The notes beneath the pieces are model-generated. The model did not search any database. It was not told the DNA's origin and saw nothing but the letters and a program-made list of their open reading frames with translations. The position numbers and the translations under genes were made by a program. A DNA stretch of 64,000 nucleotides from assembly GCA_040217695.1 (NCBI GenBank), contig JBEHWO010000002.1, positions 8,538 to 72,537 on the forward strand. Direction: 5' to 3'. The first letter of the stretch is position 1; every line of letters begins with the position of its first letter. Of this stretch, positions 62,510 to 64,000 are shown one piece after another. This DNA is from Vulcanimicrobiota bacterium. GTDB taxonomy: Bacteria; Vulcanimicrobiota; SpSt-956; JAKJGF01.

Positions 62510-63606
62510 AAGTTGCTGTACTTGGAGCAGGCCATGGAGGGCAGGCTATGGCAGGAGATCTTACACTTGGAGGGCATGAAGTACGTCTGGCTGCAGTGCC
62601 TGAACATGCGACAAATATAAAATTATTGGAAGCTTTCGGAGGAATCTTTGTGGAAGGGGTAACTGCAACAGGTAATCCGCCGGGCTTTGCCAGACCGGCA
62701 ATGATTACAACAGATGTGCCTTCTGCCATAAAAGGAGCACAGGTAATAATGATAGTTGTTCCTGCCTTCGGCCAGGAAGTCTACATGAAACATTTAGTTG
62801 AATCAGGAGAAAAAGGACAGATCATTGTATTCAATCCGGGGAAATTCGCTTCCCTGGTTTTTGCAAAGATGCTTCGAGATGCCGGCAGAGAAAATGATTT
62901 TCTTATCGGTGAAACAGCATGTCTTATATATGCAGCCAAGACCAGGGGGCTTGGCCATGTACATATTAAAGCAGTAAAGGAAGAACTGCTTTTTTCTGCT
63001 TTACCTTCAATTCTTTCAGGTAAAGCCCTCTGGTTACTATCAGAACTTTACCCGCAGCTTACCCCTGCATACAATATTCTTCAGACAAGTGTTGATGACC
63101 CGGGAAGTATTGTTCATCCTGTTACCACTTTATTAAACATGAGCCGAATCGAACAAATGGGACCCTATCGTAATTCTCATTATGATATTACACCTTCCAT
63201 TGCACGTATTTTAGAAACTGTAGATAAAGAACGTATGGATATTGCCAGAGCTCTCTGTTATGAAACCTATACCCTTATGGAGAGCACACAGATCATGTAT
63301 AAAATTAAAGCCCATAATCTTTATGACACGGTGTATCAAATAACAGCTCATAATATACAGATGTCACCTGGCGATCTTACTCACAGGTATATTACGGAAG
63401 ATGTACCTTACGGTCTGGTGCCAATAAGTTCAATTGGAAAAATGCTTGGTATTCCTATACCTGGCATAGATGCAATTATAAAAATAGCCTCTATGGCCAA
63501 TGGTGTTGATTACCTGTCTACAGGTATTACTGTAGAAAAAATGGGGATCAGCGACATGTCTTTAAAAGAGCTTATAAATTATGTGACAGGGAGAAAAAGC
63601 AATTAA
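62506..63606 (+). CDS. NAD(P)-dependent opine (octopine/nopaline) dehydrogenase-family protein
   Basis: MKVAVLGAGHGGQAMAGDL (Rossmann motif), with a family-type helical C-domain. The start overlaps the MFS stop (ATGA). Confidence 0.7.
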   Translation: MKVAVLGAGHGGQAMAGDLTLGGHEVRLAAVPEHATNIKLLEAFGGIFVEGVTATGNPPGFARPAMITTDVPSAIKGAQVIMIVVPAFGQEVYMKHLVESGEKGQIIVFNPGKFASLVFAKMLRDAGRENDFLIGETACLIYAAKTRGLGHVHIKAVKEELLFSALPSILSGKALWLLSELYPQLTPAYNILQTSVDDPGSIVHPVTTLLNMSRIEQMGPYRNSHYDITPSIARILETVDKERMDIARALCYETYTLMESTQIMYKIKAHNLYDTVYQITAHNIQMSPGDLTHRYITEDVPYGLVPISSIGKMLGIPIPGIDAIIKIASMANGVDYLSTGITVEKMGISDMSLKELINYVTGRKSN

Positions 63607-63607
63607 T

Positions 63608-63659
63608 GAGTGAGTAGTGAGTGGACTTTCCTGCTCACTACTCATTACTCACCGCTCAC
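63608..63659. repeat. Inverted GTGAGTA-type heptamer arrays forming a hairpin between convergent genes; a likely bidirectional terminator
   Basis: gagtgagtagtgagtgg actttcctg ctcactactcattactcaccgctcac. tgagtagtgag (63611-63621) pairs with ctcactactca (63634-63644). Confidence 0.6.
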
Positions 63660-64000
63660 ACTCTCCCGTCCTCCTCAATAAAACAATAATTATTCCAGTC
63701 ATCGAAATAATATTTTCTCTCCTCTTTATACCTTACCGGTGACAGTTTCAGGTATTTAGGTTCTTCCGTATGAGGTTCTATCAATTTTCTTATTCTGGAA
63801 ACAGACATTTTAACAGTAGGACAATCGGTCATATGAACATATCTTGCTTTCCATACGCGGGGGAACACTTCTGCAGGAGAAAAAAATTGGCCACTGTTTC
63901 TTACAAAGAAAAACAAAAGATCTGACAGGGATTTTTTTCTGTAAAGTTCTATGGTTCCTCTTGTTTTTTCCGTTACAGTACCGTCTATACCGTCCAGAAA
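63656..64000 (-). CDS. Winged-helix (OmpR/Trans_reg_C-type) DNA-binding protein, C-terminal part (5' end lies outside the window)
   Basis: The frame is open to the window edge: ..GTIELYRKKSLSDLLFFFVRNSGQFFSPAEVFPRVWKARYV...TVKMSVSRIRKLIEP. There is an extra roughly 40-aa tail. Confidence 0.7.
   Translation of the reverse strand, partial: FLDGIDGTVTEKTRGTIELYRKKSLSDLLFFFVRNSGQFFSPAEVFPRVWKARYVHMTDCPTVKMSVSRIRKLIEPHTEEPKYLKLSPVRYKEERKYYFDDWNNYCFIEEDGRV

Noticed and set aside
1-64000. A prophage, integrative element, transposase, tRNA or rRNA.
   Set aside because: No integrase, transposase or phage structural motifs and no tRNA-like or rRNA-like sequence were found on either strand. The only mobile-looking DNA is the non-autonomous MITE-like element.

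Overview
This 64-kb window comes from an AT-rich diderm bacterium, judged from an SLH-anchored porin, a TolC-family protein and many lipoproteins. It holds about 50 protein genes. I found no rRNA, tRNA, CRISPR array, transposase or integrase. All functional calls rest on motifs I recognise by eye; no database search was possible.

Gene content, in window order:
- two hybrid two-component kinases
- two paralogous MscS-type channels
- a GH63-like glycosidase with an esterase
- outer-membrane barrel genes, one of them decayed
- an anaerobic sulfatase maturase next to a sharply GC-rich island (about 13.0-17.5 kb) carrying a Cys-type arylsulfatase and a DUF1254/DUF1214 protein
- an SLH-porin and lipoprotein operon
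- an uncharacterised glycyl-radical-enzyme (GRE) operon (26.2-32.8 kb) with unusual partner genes
- a VapBC-like toxin-antitoxin pair
- a glucose-dehydrogenase-like gene with a cyclase
- an exported TPR-CHAT protein
- a 3' remnant of zwf
- an ackA-V4R-HEAT operon
- a Ser/Thr kinase carrying zinc fingers
- a co-directional block (49.4-56.7 kb) built around a Tes/GDGT-MAS-type radical SAM enzyme, together with a CDP-alcohol phosphatidyltransferase, a B12-type radical SAM and DedA/YqaA proteins
- TolC and HlyD efflux genes
- an MFS transporter overlapping an opine-dehydrogenase-family gene

The non-coding DNA is the most unusual part:
- Nearly every intergenic spacer carries short tandem heptanucleotide arrays. 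There are several sequence families; the dominant one is GTGACGC/GCGTCAC. Some arrays form inverted pairs.
- A roughly 95-bp MITE-like element with about 19-bp terminal inverted repeats and a heptamer core occurs four times.
- Seven promoters at six loci share a fixed module: two TATAC-N4-GTATA boxes followed by TATAAT, with no -35 element. One locus is a symmetric divergent pair.

The best candidates for undescribed biology are the Tes-like lipid block, the GRE operon, the heptamer/MITE repeat system and the dual-box regulon.
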